Both the position numbers and the translations under genes were made by a program. Positions 9,773 through 19,337 of a stretch of DNA of 64,000 bases are shown here, in pieces. The DNA comes from Candidatus Aminicenantales bacterium (lineage in GTDB: Bacteria; Acidobacteriota; Aminicenantia; Aminicenantales; UBA4085), in the NCBI GenBank assembly GCA_049515535.1, contig JBEKTZ010000007.1, positions 1 to 64,000 on the forward strand. The letters are read 5' to 3'. The notes under the pieces are model-generated. The model ran no database searches, was not told where the DNA came from, and was given only the letters and a program-made list of their open reading frames with translations. How positions within the stretch are numbered: the first letter of the stretch is position 1; each line of letters starts with the position of its first letter.

Positions 9773-10741
9773 ATGAAATTCACGATCGGATTCGATTTGG
9801 ACGACCGGAAAAAGGTCCACGCGGCCTGGGACGAAATCTTCGCCACCCAGCAGTGGACGGAGGGACGGTTCACGACGCTCTTCGAGGAGAAATGGTCCTC
9901 CTGGAACCGGCTGCCCTCGCTCGCCTTTTCAGGCTGGTGCGGCGCGGCCCTGGCGGCCTTGGAATTTTTCAAGGTCAAGGGGAAGACCGTGCTCTGCCCC
10001 TCGAACACGTTCATGGCCACTCCCATGAGCATCGTCAAGGCGGGAGCGCGCGTGGAGTTCGTGGACTGCAACAAGGAAGATCTCTGCCTGTCGTTCGAGG
10101 ACCTTAAGCGCAAGGCCGAGCGCCACAGGCCCGCCGCCGTGTTCGTCGTCCATATCGGCGGACATCTTGCCTTCCAGATCGAGGAGATCAGCCGTTTCTG
10201 CAAAGAGCGGGGGATCGTCCTCCTCGAAGACTGCGCCCACGCCCACGGGGCCTCGTGGAGCGGCAAGATGCCCGGGATGTGGGGCGAGGCGGGCATTTAT
10301 TCCTTCTATGCGACCAAAACCGTCACCACGGGCGAGGGCGGGATGCTCGTCTCGGCGGACAAGGGCCTTGTCGAATACGCGAAGAGATACCGGAATTACG
10401 GCAAGCCGGATTACGTGACCGAAGGGCTCAACTACCGGATCAACGAGTTCGCCGCGGCGCTCGGCTGCGCTCAGATCGACCGGATGGCCGACATCGTCGC
10501 CTGGAAAAAGGCCTATGTCGAGAAGCATCTGGATCCGAAATTTCCAAACCGGGTGAAATTCCCGGCGGGCATGGCCTCCGGCTATTATAAATACATCGTC
10601 TTCGACCCGATCGAAAAATCGACGGGGAAGGTCTATGACCAGCCCTGCCATAAGATCATGGGCCGGACGGACGACCTGCCGAACACCGACTGGATCGCCA
10701 AGAACCACTGGTGCGTCCCGCTCTATTACAAAGGGGAATGA
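9773..10741 (+). CDS. DegT/DnrJ/EryC1/StrS sugar aminotransferase
   Basis: TFMAT, EDCAHAHG, SFYATKTVTTGEGG (PLP lysine), GLNYR. Confidence 0.92.
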   Translation: MKFTIGFDLDDRKKVHAAWDEIFATQQWTEGRFTTLFEEKWSSWNRLPSLAFSGWCGAALAALEFFKVKGKTVLCPSNTFMATPMSIVKAGARVEFVDCNKEDLCLSFEDLKRKAERHRPAAVFVVHIGGHLAFQIEEISRFCKERGIVLLEDCAHAHGASWSGKMPGMWGEAGIYSFYATKTVTTGEGGMLVSADKGLVEYAKRYRNYGKPDYVTEGLNYRINEFAAALGCAQIDRMADIVAWKKAYVEKHLDPKFPNRVKFPAGMASGYYKYIVFDPIEKSTGKVYDQPCHKIMGRTDDLPNTDWIAKNHWCVPLYYKGE

Positions 10742-10789
10742 CGTCCCGACAATGAGGAATGGCGAAGATCGACGAAGGAGAACATCGAG

Positions 10790-11836
10790 GTGAACGAAGA
10801 AAAAAAACTCAGGGTCGCGGTCATCGGGTTGGGAAAGCTGGGCATCCTGCACACCGCGGTCGTCAACATGATCCCTAACGCCGAGCTCGCTGCGATCGCG
10901 GACATCAACAATCAATTGTCGAAATATGTCGCGCAGGCCGGCTTGAAAGCGCCGTTCTTTTCCGATACGGACCGGATGTTGGCCGAGATCGAGCCGGACG
11001 CGGTCGTCATCTGCACACCGGCGTTCGCGAACCTGCCGGTCGTCGAGCGATGTCTCGCCCGGGACGTGGACGTTTTCATCGAGAAGCCCCTGGCCCATAC
11101 GTTCGACGCCGCCAAAAAAATGGTCGGTCTCGTCTCCGGTCGCAAGATCATTCATGCGACCGGGTACCTGTTCGCCCATATGGGGCTGTACAAAAGGGCG
11201 AAGCACCTGATCGCCGACGGTGTCCTGGGCCGACTCTATCGCGTCCGATCTTCGGTCTATACGAGCGAGGTCTTCTCCAAGAAAAAAGGATGGTATTACG
11301 ATCCCGCGAAATCGGGCGGAGGGGCGGTGATCAATATCGCCTCCCATCTTCTCTATGTCCTCTATTGGTATTTTGGCCCAGCGAAGAGCGCCTTCGCCCA
11401 GACCCGGTCCATCCACTCGGACGTCGAGGACGCCGCGACTGCCCTTCTGGAGTTCGAGGACGGCCTCCAGGGCACGATGGATGTTTCGTGGAGCGTGCCC
11501 GGTTTCCGTCTCCCGTACACGGAGATTCACGTGGAGGGCGAGAACGGGACCATGGAGTTGACCAACGACGCCATCAAGCTCTACCTCTACAAGGCGCACA
11601 AGGAATATCCCAAGGAATGGACGACGATCCATAAGATCGACATGCCGTCGACCTCGCGGTTCGAAATCGGCGCCGAGGGACTATATGAGGAAGACCAGGA
11701 CTTCGTCGGACGCTGCCTCGACCGGCGGCCCCCCGCCGTCACATGGAACGACGGATTCGAGGTCCAGCGCATGATCGAGGCGATCTACCGTTCGGCCGCG
11801 CGGAAGAAAGTCGTGGCGATAGGAGAAATTCAGTGA
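10790..11836 (+). CDS. Gfo/Idh/MocA oxidoreductase
   Basis: VIGLGKLG, FIEKPLA, WYYDPAKSGGG, VEDAA. Confidence 0.93.
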   Translation: MNEEKKLRVAVIGLGKLGILHTAVVNMIPNAELAAIADINNQLSKYVAQAGLKAPFFSDTDRMLAEIEPDAVVICTPAFANLPVVERCLARDVDVFIEKPLAHTFDAAKKMVGLVSGRKIIHATGYLFAHMGLYKRAKHLIADGVLGRLYRVRSSVYTSEVFSKKKGWYYDPAKSGGGAVINIASHLLYVLYWYFGPAKSAFAQTRSIHSDVEDAATALLEFEDGLQGTMDVSWSVPGFRLPYTEIHVEGENGTMELTNDAIKLYLYKAHKEYPKEWTTIHKIDMPSTSRFEIGAEGLYEEDQDFVGRCLDRRPPAVTWNDGFEVQRMIEAIYRSAARKKVVAIGEIQ

Positions 11837-12708
11837 CCGTGAAGCTCGATCCGTTGATTCTCGGCGCGAACCCCTTCGAAGGCGTGAGCTATATCGGACG
11901 TTCGCAGTCCCTCCACTATCTGGAATATTTCGCCAAGGAAGACAACGTCGCGGCTGTGCTCGACGCGGCATACAGCGCCGGCGTCCGGGCGCTCACCTGC
12001 TCGAACACGGCCAACGTCATCGGGGCCCTCCAGAAGTTCCCCAAGTCGCAAGACCTTTCCGTCTATCCCGTCATCCCCAATGCCTACGAGTACGCCATGG
12101 AGGCCTCGGAGAAGGGCGTCCTGGGCGCGATCATGTCCAAAGCCAAGGGCTTCAGCATGTATCAGAAAGTGAAGCTCGGGCTGAGGGCCCTGACCAAGAT
12201 CAAGAGCGTCCTGACCAAGGACGTCATGGACATGCTGCTCGAGCTTCTCAATTTTGAAATGATCAGTTTTGAAAAGATGAAGCTCGGCGGCGTCATCCTT
12301 CACGGACAGATCACCGACCTCGCCCTGTCCTCCCGCAATCCCGATATCCTCTCCTTCTTCCAGGACGTGATCCGGGAGAACTATGGCGTTGAGCCCATTC
12401 TGGCGACGCACAATTTCGGCGTGCTCCTCCCCCAGCTCATCGAGTGGAAGATCAAGATTCCCATCATGGCTCCGCTGAATTCCAAGGGATTCATGATGAA
12501 GCCGTCGAAGGAGGAGTGCGAAGCGCTCGTCCGCGATTCCGGCTACCAGATCATCGCCAAGAAAGTGTTGGCCGGCGGGCGTCTCTCTCCCGAGGAGGCG
12601 TTTCCTTATCTCCTCGATAAAAAGATCGAGTCCGTCGTCGTCGGCATCGGATCGGTCCCGGAAGCCTACCACACGTTCACGGTGGCGAAAAATATTTTGA
12701 AGATCTGA
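11833..12708 (+). CDS. Hypothetical protein, aldo/keto-reductase-like TIM barrel
   Basis: GTG start overlaps the upstream TGA. LILGANPF, ATHN, MAPLN and KKVLAGGRLSPEEA resemble divergent AKR-like proteins. Confidence 0.55.
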   Translation: MTVKLDPLILGANPFEGVSYIGRSQSLHYLEYFAKEDNVAAVLDAAYSAGVRALTCSNTANVIGALQKFPKSQDLSVYPVIPNAYEYAMEASEKGVLGAIMSKAKGFSMYQKVKLGLRALTKIKSVLTKDVMDMLLELLNFEMISFEKMKLGGVILHGQITDLALSSRNPDILSFFQDVIRENYGVEPILATHNFGVLLPQLIEWKIKIPIMAPLNSKGFMMKPSKEECEALVRDSGYQIIAKKVLAGGRLSPEEAFPYLLDKKIESVVVGIGSVPEAYHTFTVAKNILKI

Positions 12709-12732
12709 TCCGAGGCCGTGCGGGGAATGTCC

Positions 12733-14868
12733 CTATTTCCCAGGGACGTCTTCCGATAATTCGAACTCGACTTTGTCGAAATAAAGGACGCCCTTTCCGG
12801 AGGCTTTGATGTCGAGGATATAGCGGCCTTCGCTCGGGAACAAGCCCTCGAACGGAAGAACCCGATATTCGTCTCCCGGCCCGTCCGGCGGAATGATCAT
12901 CTTCTTTTGGAACTGGATGATGCCTTTCTTCATGATCCGGATGAGCAGGACGGGATTTGGACCGCCCCGGCCCTCGGCCTTGATGACCAGGCGACCGTGA
13001 AACTTCGCGTGACCGGGGAGGACGATCGACCGGTATCCTATGACGCTCGGCTTGCCCAACTCCACGCGGACCGAGAACTGACAGCTGGCCCGCGGGTCGA
13101 ACAAGGGAATGCCGGTCTCCCGTTCCAGGGTTTCCGCTTCATAGGAGAAGGGCTTGGACGCCGGGCCCGTTCCGTCGCCAAGATCATAGAGGAAAAACCA
13201 GCTCCGCCACAGGCGATAGCGGACAAGCGGGCGGGCCCGCTCCATTTCCTCCGGAAAGACCTTCTCATATTTTTCCTGTTCGGCGTTGAATTCTCCGACA
13301 AAGAGGTGCGTCACGCCCTCGCGCTTCAAAAATTCGGGATCGTCATTGGCGTAATCCGGATAGAAGGTATGCGCCTTGTTCCGGTTCTCGAGGGAGAGGC
13401 TGGGGATGAGCAGCCCCGAAAATACCCCTTGCGGAAAGGCTTTTCCCAGGTCGCGGCCTATCGTCTTCAGGTTGTATGTGGGCGCGCTCACCCAACGAGC
13501 ATAAGCGCCGATATTTTGCCCGGCGTAAACCATCACGAATACGGCCGCGGCGAACCCCGCCACTTTTTTCGGAATGACAAAGCCCCCGGAAGGGAGTCGT
13601 TTGGTCCATAAAAGATAGAGAAAGGCGGCGGCGGCGAGGGCCAGCGGCCAGCTCAGGTAAAAAACCTTGTCGGTGTGAAGGGCCATGTCTTCGTGGGTGA
13701 AGAGGTATCGGGCGAACGAAGTCAGGCCGATCCAGATCAACGCCCAGAAGGCGGCGAAAAACAAGCCGCGCTTTTTCAGGGCGAAGTCGAGGCGCGATCC
13801 GGCCGCGAGCCGGACGAGAAAAAGGCTGACGAGGATGATCATCGGGATGGTGTATTCGATGTAATGACGGATGGGACGGTATCCGATGAAGGAATTGATC
13901 CCGAGCCCGACGAGAAGCCAGAGTGCGCAGAGGATCTCGAGGGGGGCGAATCTTGCTTTTCTTTTTTTGTCGAAGAGGGCGATGAGGAGAGCCAGCAGAA
14001 CGAAAAAGAGGGCGAAGGTCAGAAGCCGGTTGGTCGGATAAAAGGAGAACGGCGTTTTTCTCAGCCAGTTGCTGACGGCCTGGCCGATGTTCCCCGGCAG
14101 CGCGACTTCCGAGTTGAGCGTTACGATCGCATGGAAGGGGGCCGGGTAGCGCGAGAAGATGAAGATATACCACGGGAGGGCGACGAGGAACACTCCGGCC
14201 AGGGCATAGCCGATCCGGACGAGGAGCAGCCGGATGTTGCGTAGCTCGCCTCTCTGGACGGCGACGAGGAGGAAGGCGAGGGGAATGACGCCCGCGTGAA
14301 AATAGATCATCTTGGGTTTCGACAGGAACGAAAGGCCCAGAAAAATCGAGGTCAGGAAAAAATAGGAAGGCCGGTCCCAGGCCTTCAGGAAGAAATAGAT
14401 CGCCGGAATGACGAAGAAAACCATGGGCATGATCTGATCGTTGATCCGGCTGAAGATCATGAGGGGATAGTTCAAAGTCAGCAGAAGAAAAAAGAGCAGG
14501 CGGGCCTCCGGGAAGAATTTCGAGGCGAGGACATAAAGGGCGATGAGCAGCAGGGCGGAGAAAAAAAGCGGCACGAGATTCATCTGCCAGATCCCCGTCC
14601 CAAAAGTCCTGAAGGAAAGGTAGGTCACGATATGGGGAATCGGCGAAAACGCCGCGGCTCCCAGCTCTTCGATTCTCCACTCGCCGGTGACGACCTTGTT
14701 CCGGGCGTTGAAGGCGTAATTGCCGGGATCGCCGTATTCGCTGCAGCTGTCGGGGCTGATGGTGTCCGGCGGGTCGGCCGAGAGATGGACGAACCGCAGC
14801 GAAAGGAACAGGCCGATTAAGATCCATACCGGGAGGCTCTTTCGTAAAAGGGCTCGGGCGTCGGGAAT
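12733..14868 (-). CDS. GT-C (ArnT/GT39-like) membrane glycosyltransferase with C-terminal soluble domain; probable ATT start
   Basis: Frame stays open above the GTG at 14628 up to a stop at 14881-14883. The extension encodes TM1 and the loop SADPP...GDPGNYAFNARN. Many TM segments; LSKPK motif. Confidence 0.8.
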   Translation of the reverse strand: MPDARALLRKSLPVWILIGLFLSLRFVHLSADPPDTISPDSCSEYGDPGNYAFNARNKVVTGEWRIEELGAAAFSPIPHIVTYLSFRTFGTGIWQMNLVPLFFSALLLIALYVLASKFFPEARLLFFLLLTLNYPLMIFSRINDQIMPMVFFVIPAIYFFLKAWDRPSYFFLTSIFLGLSFLSKPKMIYFHAGVIPLAFLLVAVQRGELRNIRLLLVRIGYALAGVFLVALPWYIFIFSRYPAPFHAIVTLNSEVALPGNIGQAVSNWLRKTPFSFYPTNRLLTFALFFVLLALLIALFDKKRKARFAPLEILCALWLLVGLGINSFIGYRPIRHYIEYTIPMIILVSLFLVRLAAGSRLDFALKKRGLFFAAFWALIWIGLTSFARYLFTHEDMALHTDKVFYLSWPLALAAAAFLYLLWTKRLPSGGFVIPKKVAGFAAAVFVMVYAGQNIGAYARWVSAPTYNLKTIGRDLGKAFPQGVFSGLLIPSLSLENRNKAHTFYPDYANDDPEFLKREGVTHLFVGEFNAEQEKYEKVFPEEMERARPLVRYRLWRSWFFLYDLGDGTGPASKPFSYEAETLERETGIPLFDPRASCQFSVRVELGKPSVIGYRSIVLPGHAKFHGRLVIKAEGRGGPNPVLLIRIMKKGIIQFQKKMIIPPDGPGDEYRVLPFEGLFPSEGRYILDIKASGKGVLYFDKVEFELSEDVPGK

Positions 14869-14912
14869 GGCTGTCCTCGCTTACCGGTCGATGGCCTGCG
14901 TTCTCGAATGAA

Positions 14913-14942
14913 ATCTTATGATGAATGCCCGAAGGGAGTCAA
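14913..14942 (-). promoter_or_regulatory. Putative sigma70 promoter TTGACT-N18-TAAGAT
   Basis: Lies about 45 nt upstream of the proposed ATT start. Confidence 0.45.
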
Positions 14943-14968
14943 TAACGCGAACTCGTCCAGACCCTGCC

Positions 14969-16003
14969 TCATTTATCGAACAACAGCGGAACGATGAAGC
15001 CGGAAAGCTCATGGGCGACGGTGGCATTGCCTTTTTCGGTCAGATGAAGTCCGTCGATGAAAAGGTCCTTGTCGAACCCGGAATTCAGAACGCTATAGAG
15101 ATCAAGCTCCGGCACCCGGCTGATCTCGAGCTGGCGACGGATCCTTTGTGTCAGAGAGGCATAGAGATATGGCTCGCCGTGGTTTTGGAAGGGAAAGATG
15201 GCGACGGCAACGGGAATCTTTCTTTGCTTCAACAGCTCTATCGTCTTGGCCAGGTACCGGAACGAACTCTCCTGGCCGAGGAGATACATGTCGCGCGGAC
15301 GATAACCCGGATCGCGTTTTACCGCGAACTTGTAGAGCGCGAGGTTTAAGATGTTAAAAAGGCGCGAATGCTGCATCAGGCTTTCGCTGAATTTCGTTTT
15401 GGGAAGGACATAGGGGATATAATAATCATGGTAAGGAATCAGAACGAACTTCCCCGTGGTTGCCACGGTTTTGATCCCGACGGTCCGTTCGAAATCATTG
15501 GGGCCGATCTGGAGTAGGACAAGGTCGGGATTGAGCTGGAGAACCTTATCCCGGACGAGATGGTACATTTGAACGGCGTTGTAGCCGACGACGCCCATCC
15601 CCAGGACCTCGACATCGCGGTTTTCCGCATTCAAAAGGCGTTCGAGCTGCTTGTGATAGGTGTCCTTCAACGGGACGAGCCACCCGTACGTCAGAGAATC
15701 GCCGACGCAGATCACCCGCTGGCCGTGGGATTTGGTCAAGTGGTACGGCTTGTCCCGGAAACCGTAGGAATTGATCCCGTAATCAATCCCGTCTACGAAG
15801 ACATCCGAATTGGGCCGCTGCTCATAGACCAAGTCCTTGTTGGCCGACAGGCGATACGTTTTTGAACCGAAGAGCGGAGCATCCTGGTCCGGCCGGAACC
15901 GCAGGGGAACGGTGATTCGCAAAACCAGCTCGAGGATGAGAAGCGTCGCCACCACGGACGCGGGGATGAGAGCGATCTTCAGCCAGGTTTTTTTTGTGGA
16001 CAC
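14969..16003 (-). CDS. Membrane-anchored SGNH/GDSL hydrolase-family protein
   Basis: N-terminal TM (LLILELVLR), INSYGFRD, VGDSLTYG, GVVGY, GPND, DGLHLTEKGN. Confidence 0.9.
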   Translation of the reverse strand: MSTKKTWLKIALIPASVVATLLILELVLRITVPLRFRPDQDAPLFGSKTYRLSANKDLVYEQRPNSDVFVDGIDYGINSYGFRDKPYHLTKSHGQRVICVGDSLTYGWLVPLKDTYHKQLERLLNAENRDVEVLGMGVVGYNAVQMYHLVRDKVLQLNPDLVLLQIGPNDFERTVGIKTVATTGKFVLIPYHDYYIPYVLPKTKFSESLMQHSRLFNILNLALYKFAVKRDPGYRPRDMYLLGQESSFRYLAKTIELLKQRKIPVAVAIFPFQNHGEPYLYASLTQRIRRQLEISRVPELDLYSVLNSGFDKDLFIDGLHLTEKGNATVAHELSGFIVPLLFDK

Positions 16004-16013
16004 GCGCGCTGGG

Positions 16014-17067
16014 AACGGTCAGAAGAAGAGCACGCCTTTTTTGAAGAGATCGAAGGCGAAGCTCAAGCCCACCCCGTATTCGTTTCCGCCCAGGCCGATG
16101 TCGAATCCGTTGGCCGAGGCCGTCGCCTTGGTGAACTTGTAGTAGAGCTTGATCCGGAGCTGATCGAGCCAGGGGAAGACGATATAAGCGCCTGCTTGAA
16201 AATGATATCCGGAGGTCGAGCCCGTCGTGCTGTGGAGATCGCTCTTTTCATCGAAGCTGTACCAATCCGTGCCGAAGCCGATGAACGGGATGACGTATTC
16301 CGTCTGGTACAGCAGCCGGCCGGACAGCGAGATCGGCGTCATCGAAAAATCCGTCTTGATGTCCGTTTTCGCGCCGTCGAGCAGCGCAAAGCCGGACTTC
16401 GAATATTTCCGGGCTTCGAGGGAAACATCCAGTTGCAGGCCGTTGTAATAGACGAGCGTCCGGGTCAGGTTCAGCCCGAACTGCATGTCCGTGGTTTGGC
16501 CGTAGATGGCCCTGAAATCCTGGGACGGGCTCTGGTAGGTGCCGAGCATGATCCCGATGGATGTGTTATAGAAGCCCGGATATTCCTTCGCTTCGTTTTC
16601 GATCACTTCCGTCTTGGCTTCTTCCTTGGCCTCTTTCACGACCGGAACGGGCCTGGTTACGACCGGAGGCGCGACGGGCTTTCCCTCCTTCTTCTCTTCC
16701 AGGCTGAACTTGACGGTGAAGCCGGTCTCGGTCTTTTGGATCTCATAGGCCGGAATCGGGCCGGAAAAATCGAAGATCACCCGCGCGATCGAGGGCATAA
16801 ACTGGCCCGTGCGGATGCTCGTCAGGCCGGAAACGTTAACCTCGTAGAATGGCTGGGCCTCTATCTTCTGGGCGGGGGCGATATCGACGACCAGGCGATT
16901 CGGGCCGCTCAGGACCATGGCCTGGCTCACGAATTCGCCGTCGACCCGGACGGTGACGTTCAGGCCTTTATCGACCTTCAGATAACCGATGCTCTTGACG
17001 GTTGTCGGACTCTGGCCGGGCTTCCCTTCGGCTCCCCAAGAGCTTATCGCGAAAGCGGCGAGAACCA
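16014..17067 (-). repeat. About 1.05-kb inverted repeat, copy 1 (partner 27869..28910)
   Basis: Near-identical by direct comparison, with scattered substitutions and one 12-nt indel (KEGK). Confidence 0.95.
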
Positions 17068-17104
17068 AAAAAGCCGCGCCGATGGATACGGTGTTTTTTC
17101 TCAT
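16019..17104 (-). CDS. AMIN-domain + outer-membrane beta-barrel protein (copy 1)
   Basis: Signal peptide; AMIN motifs LSGPNRLVVDI and IRTGQF...ARVIFDF; Pro/Lys/Glu linker; amphipathic beta-strands with an aromatic C-terminus. GGAG RBS before ATG 17104. Confidence 0.8.
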   Translation of the reverse strand: MRKNTVSIGAAFLVLAAFAISSWGAEGKPGQSPTTVKSIGYLKVDKGLNVTVRVDGEFVSQAMVLSGPNRLVVDIAPAQKIEAQPFYEVNVSGLTSIRTGQFMPSIARVIFDFSGPIPAYEIQKTETGFTVKFSLEEKKEGKPVAPPVVTRPVPVVKEAKEEAKTEVIENEAKEYPGFYNTSIGIMLGTYQSPSQDFRAIYGQTTDMQFGLNLTRTLVYYNGLQLDVSLEARKYSKSGFALLDGAKTDIKTDFSMTPISLSGRLLYQTEYVIPFIGFGTDWYSFDEKSDLHSTTGSTSGYHFQAGAYIVFPWLDQLRIKLYYKFTKATASANGFDIGLGGNEYGVGLSFAFDLFKKGVLFF

Positions 17105-17117
17105 TCGTGAACTCTCC

Positions 17118-19169
17118 TTAAAATATCTCCCACGCCGTTCCACAAACAGGGCCTTCGACGCCGTCCTTGCGAATCGTGGAGAGGATATAAGCATATCTCT
17201 TTGAAGGCGAGATGTTAGCATCAAAATATTTATTGGTCAAGGGAATTTCCAGAAACGGGGATTCCGCCACGAGTTGGAAAGAGGCATCGCCCGCATCCCG
17301 CTCTTTGCGGTAGATCCTGAAGGCGATGATCTGGTCGGCCGCGTTTTTCGGGTTGTTTCGCCAACGGATCAGAACGCCCGGCCGGCTGTAGAAAAGGATT
17401 CTCTGACTGGAGCGCGACAATTGAACGTCCACGGGCGGAAAAGGCAATATTTGAATGCCGCCGAACCAGGTTTCGGCCATGAACTGGAATCCCTTTGGGT
17501 TCGGATGGACGCCGTCGGACAGCAAAAGGGATGTCCATCCCCCATCGATCGCGGGATAGTTTATAAAAGCTTCGTATTGATCGACCATGGGAATTTTCAG
17601 CGTTCCCGCGAACTGGCGGATCTTGCCGTTGAGATCGACGATCCGGCTTTGGTAGGGCGCGACGGACCAGCGCCAATCGTCGCGGGGGATGATCGTCGCG
17701 ATCAGGGGCAACAGCCCGGCCCTTAGACATTTTTTAGCCATTTCCTGGAGGTCGAAGGACGCCGTATCCATCGAGATATCGAGGAAAATGACGTCGTTGG
17801 TCCCTTCCATGAGCAGAAGGTAGCGGGACTGATGGGCTGCGATAGCCGCATCGATCCGGACGAGGCCGTCGAGCGTCGTTTCTCCGCCTTCCCCCTCATT
17901 CCAGATCTTTCCGGCGCCGTATTTCTGGATCAGCATAGGCTCGAGCCTCGGGAGATAGCCCTGGTTCTCGGCATAGGTGATGCTGTCGCCGAATCCCGTG
18001 TATTGGTTCTCGTCCAGTGAAGGATTGATGAGCGGAGGGGAATCCTGCGGCCGGGTGGGCGAAGGGAGAGTGCGGCCGAGTGCGGAAAAGGAGCCGAGTG
18101 CGGAAAAGGACAGGACCAGCGACCCGATTTGTCCGCCCGATTCCCAGGCCAACCCGATCCTATCGCCCTCGGCGGCTATTCTGGGTGTCCGGATCGGCTC
18201 CGCCTGGTCGGAGATGACGGCGATTTCGGGGCTCCAGACGGGTCCTTGTTTATATGATGCGCAGAGCCTGCTCGTCCGGCCCGAGGTCCGGCTCCAGATT
18301 ACCAAGGGAACCGTTTCTGAGACAAAGGCGATAGCTGGAGATGTGTTGGACGCCTCGTTATCCGTGATTTTTTCCTCGGCCGTCCAGCCTTCGCCGTTCC
18401 AGTTCGAGACGCAGATATTGTAGCTCCGGCCGTCGTAGGCGGACCAGGCGACCCAGGGATTTTGGTTTCCGTCAAGGCCGGCCGCCGGGCTCGTATGCGG
18501 ATACCTGTCGTCTTTGTTCAGCCGGAAGGGGCTTTCCCATGCGGATCCTCTGAAGACCGAGCCGAAGATCTCGTCGCGCCCGCGATCTCTTCCCGTCCAG
18601 AAGACCCAGGTCCCGCGGCTTCCGCCCGCCAGGACCTTGGGCGTCAGAGCGGAGGCGCAGAACGGCTCGTTGACGGTCCAGGTTTTGGCTCGGCCGAGGC
18701 TCGCGACCCGGACGCAATATTTCGGGCCGGCGCATTCGACCCAGGTGATCCAAGGATTGGATTCCTGATCGAAATCGAGATCGGGAGAAATGAGCGGCGA
18801 TTCCGAGCGGGCTATGGGACGAGCCGACCGTATACGGCCGTCTTGGAAGAAGCCGAAATAGATTTCGTTTTTCCCCGGGCTTGCCTGAACCCAGACGATT
18901 CCGATCTCGCCGGCTTTGTTCTTCCTGACGGCCGGCTCGAAAGCTCCGGAGGCCGGCTCGATTTCCTCGATGCTATTTTTCCCCCCGGGCGTCGCGAGGC
19001 TGAGGCCGTTCGCGGAATTCTGATAGACCAAAACAAAATTTCCCGCGCGATCAAAGAGGGGGTGAGGAGAGCGGCCGTCCGGATAAGGCCGAACATCCTG
19101 GGCCGCCAAGGAGCCGAGCGCCAGTCCCAGCCCCAGGAGAGCTCCGATCGCCGCGCGTTTCGTGATCAT
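17118..19169 (-). CDS. Secreted beta-propeller + SGNH hydrolase + C-terminal FN3-like domain protein
   Basis: Signal peptide; propeller repeats; GFGDSITY, MEGTND and DGVHPN; terminal W.NNP.N...FRIYRK domain. Confidence 0.85.
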   Translation of the reverse strand: MITKRAAIGALLGLGLALGSLAAQDVRPYPDGRSPHPLFDRAGNFVLVYQNSANGLSLATPGGKNSIEEIEPASGAFEPAVRKNKAGEIGIVWVQASPGKNEIYFGFFQDGRIRSARPIARSESPLISPDLDFDQESNPWITWVECAGPKYCVRVASLGRAKTWTVNEPFCASALTPKVLAGGSRGTWVFWTGRDRGRDEIFGSVFRGSAWESPFRLNKDDRYPHTSPAAGLDGNQNPWVAWSAYDGRSYNICVSNWNGEGWTAEEKITDNEASNTSPAIAFVSETVPLVIWSRTSGRTSRLCASYKQGPVWSPEIAVISDQAEPIRTPRIAAEGDRIGLAWESGGQIGSLVLSFSALGSFSALGRTLPSPTRPQDSPPLINPSLDENQYTGFGDSITYAENQGYLPRLEPMLIQKYGAGKIWNEGEGGETTLDGLVRIDAAIAAHQSRYLLLMEGTNDVIFLDISMDTASFDLQEMAKKCLRAGLLPLIATIIPRDDWRWSVAPYQSRIVDLNGKIRQFAGTLKIPMVDQYEAFINYPAIDGGWTSLLLSDGVHPNPKGFQFMAETWFGGIQILPFPPVDVQLSRSSQRILFYSRPGVLIRWRNNPKNAADQIIAFRIYRKERDAGDASFQLVAESPFLEIPLTNKYFDANISPSKRYAYILSTIRKDGVEGPVCGTAWEIF

Positions 19170-19225
19170 GGGTCAATCGATATTATACACCATTAATAAG
19201 GGGACGGCGGGCGGTCGTTTTCGAG

Positions 19226-19337
19226 CCCGGCCCGCGGCGGCCGGGGCCCCGGGTTTTGCCCGGGGGTCCATTTCCGCCGTACTCGCCCGTCGATATAAGC
19301 CACGGGCGAGTGACGAGCCGAAGGCTCGTCCTTTGAC
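19226..19337. repeat. Array of four GC-rich hairpins, with a shorter copy at 40734..40797
   Basis: Stems CCCGGCC/GGCCGGG, CCCCGGG/CCCGGGG, ACTCGCCCGT/ACGGGCGAGT, GACGAGCC/GGCTCGTC. Confidence 0.75.

Noticed and set aside
12733..14628. Pseudogene or frameshift call for the GT-C gene using the 13343..14827 ORF
   Set aside because: The true frame is uninterrupted to 14880; the other frame gives low-complexity, non-protein-like sequence.
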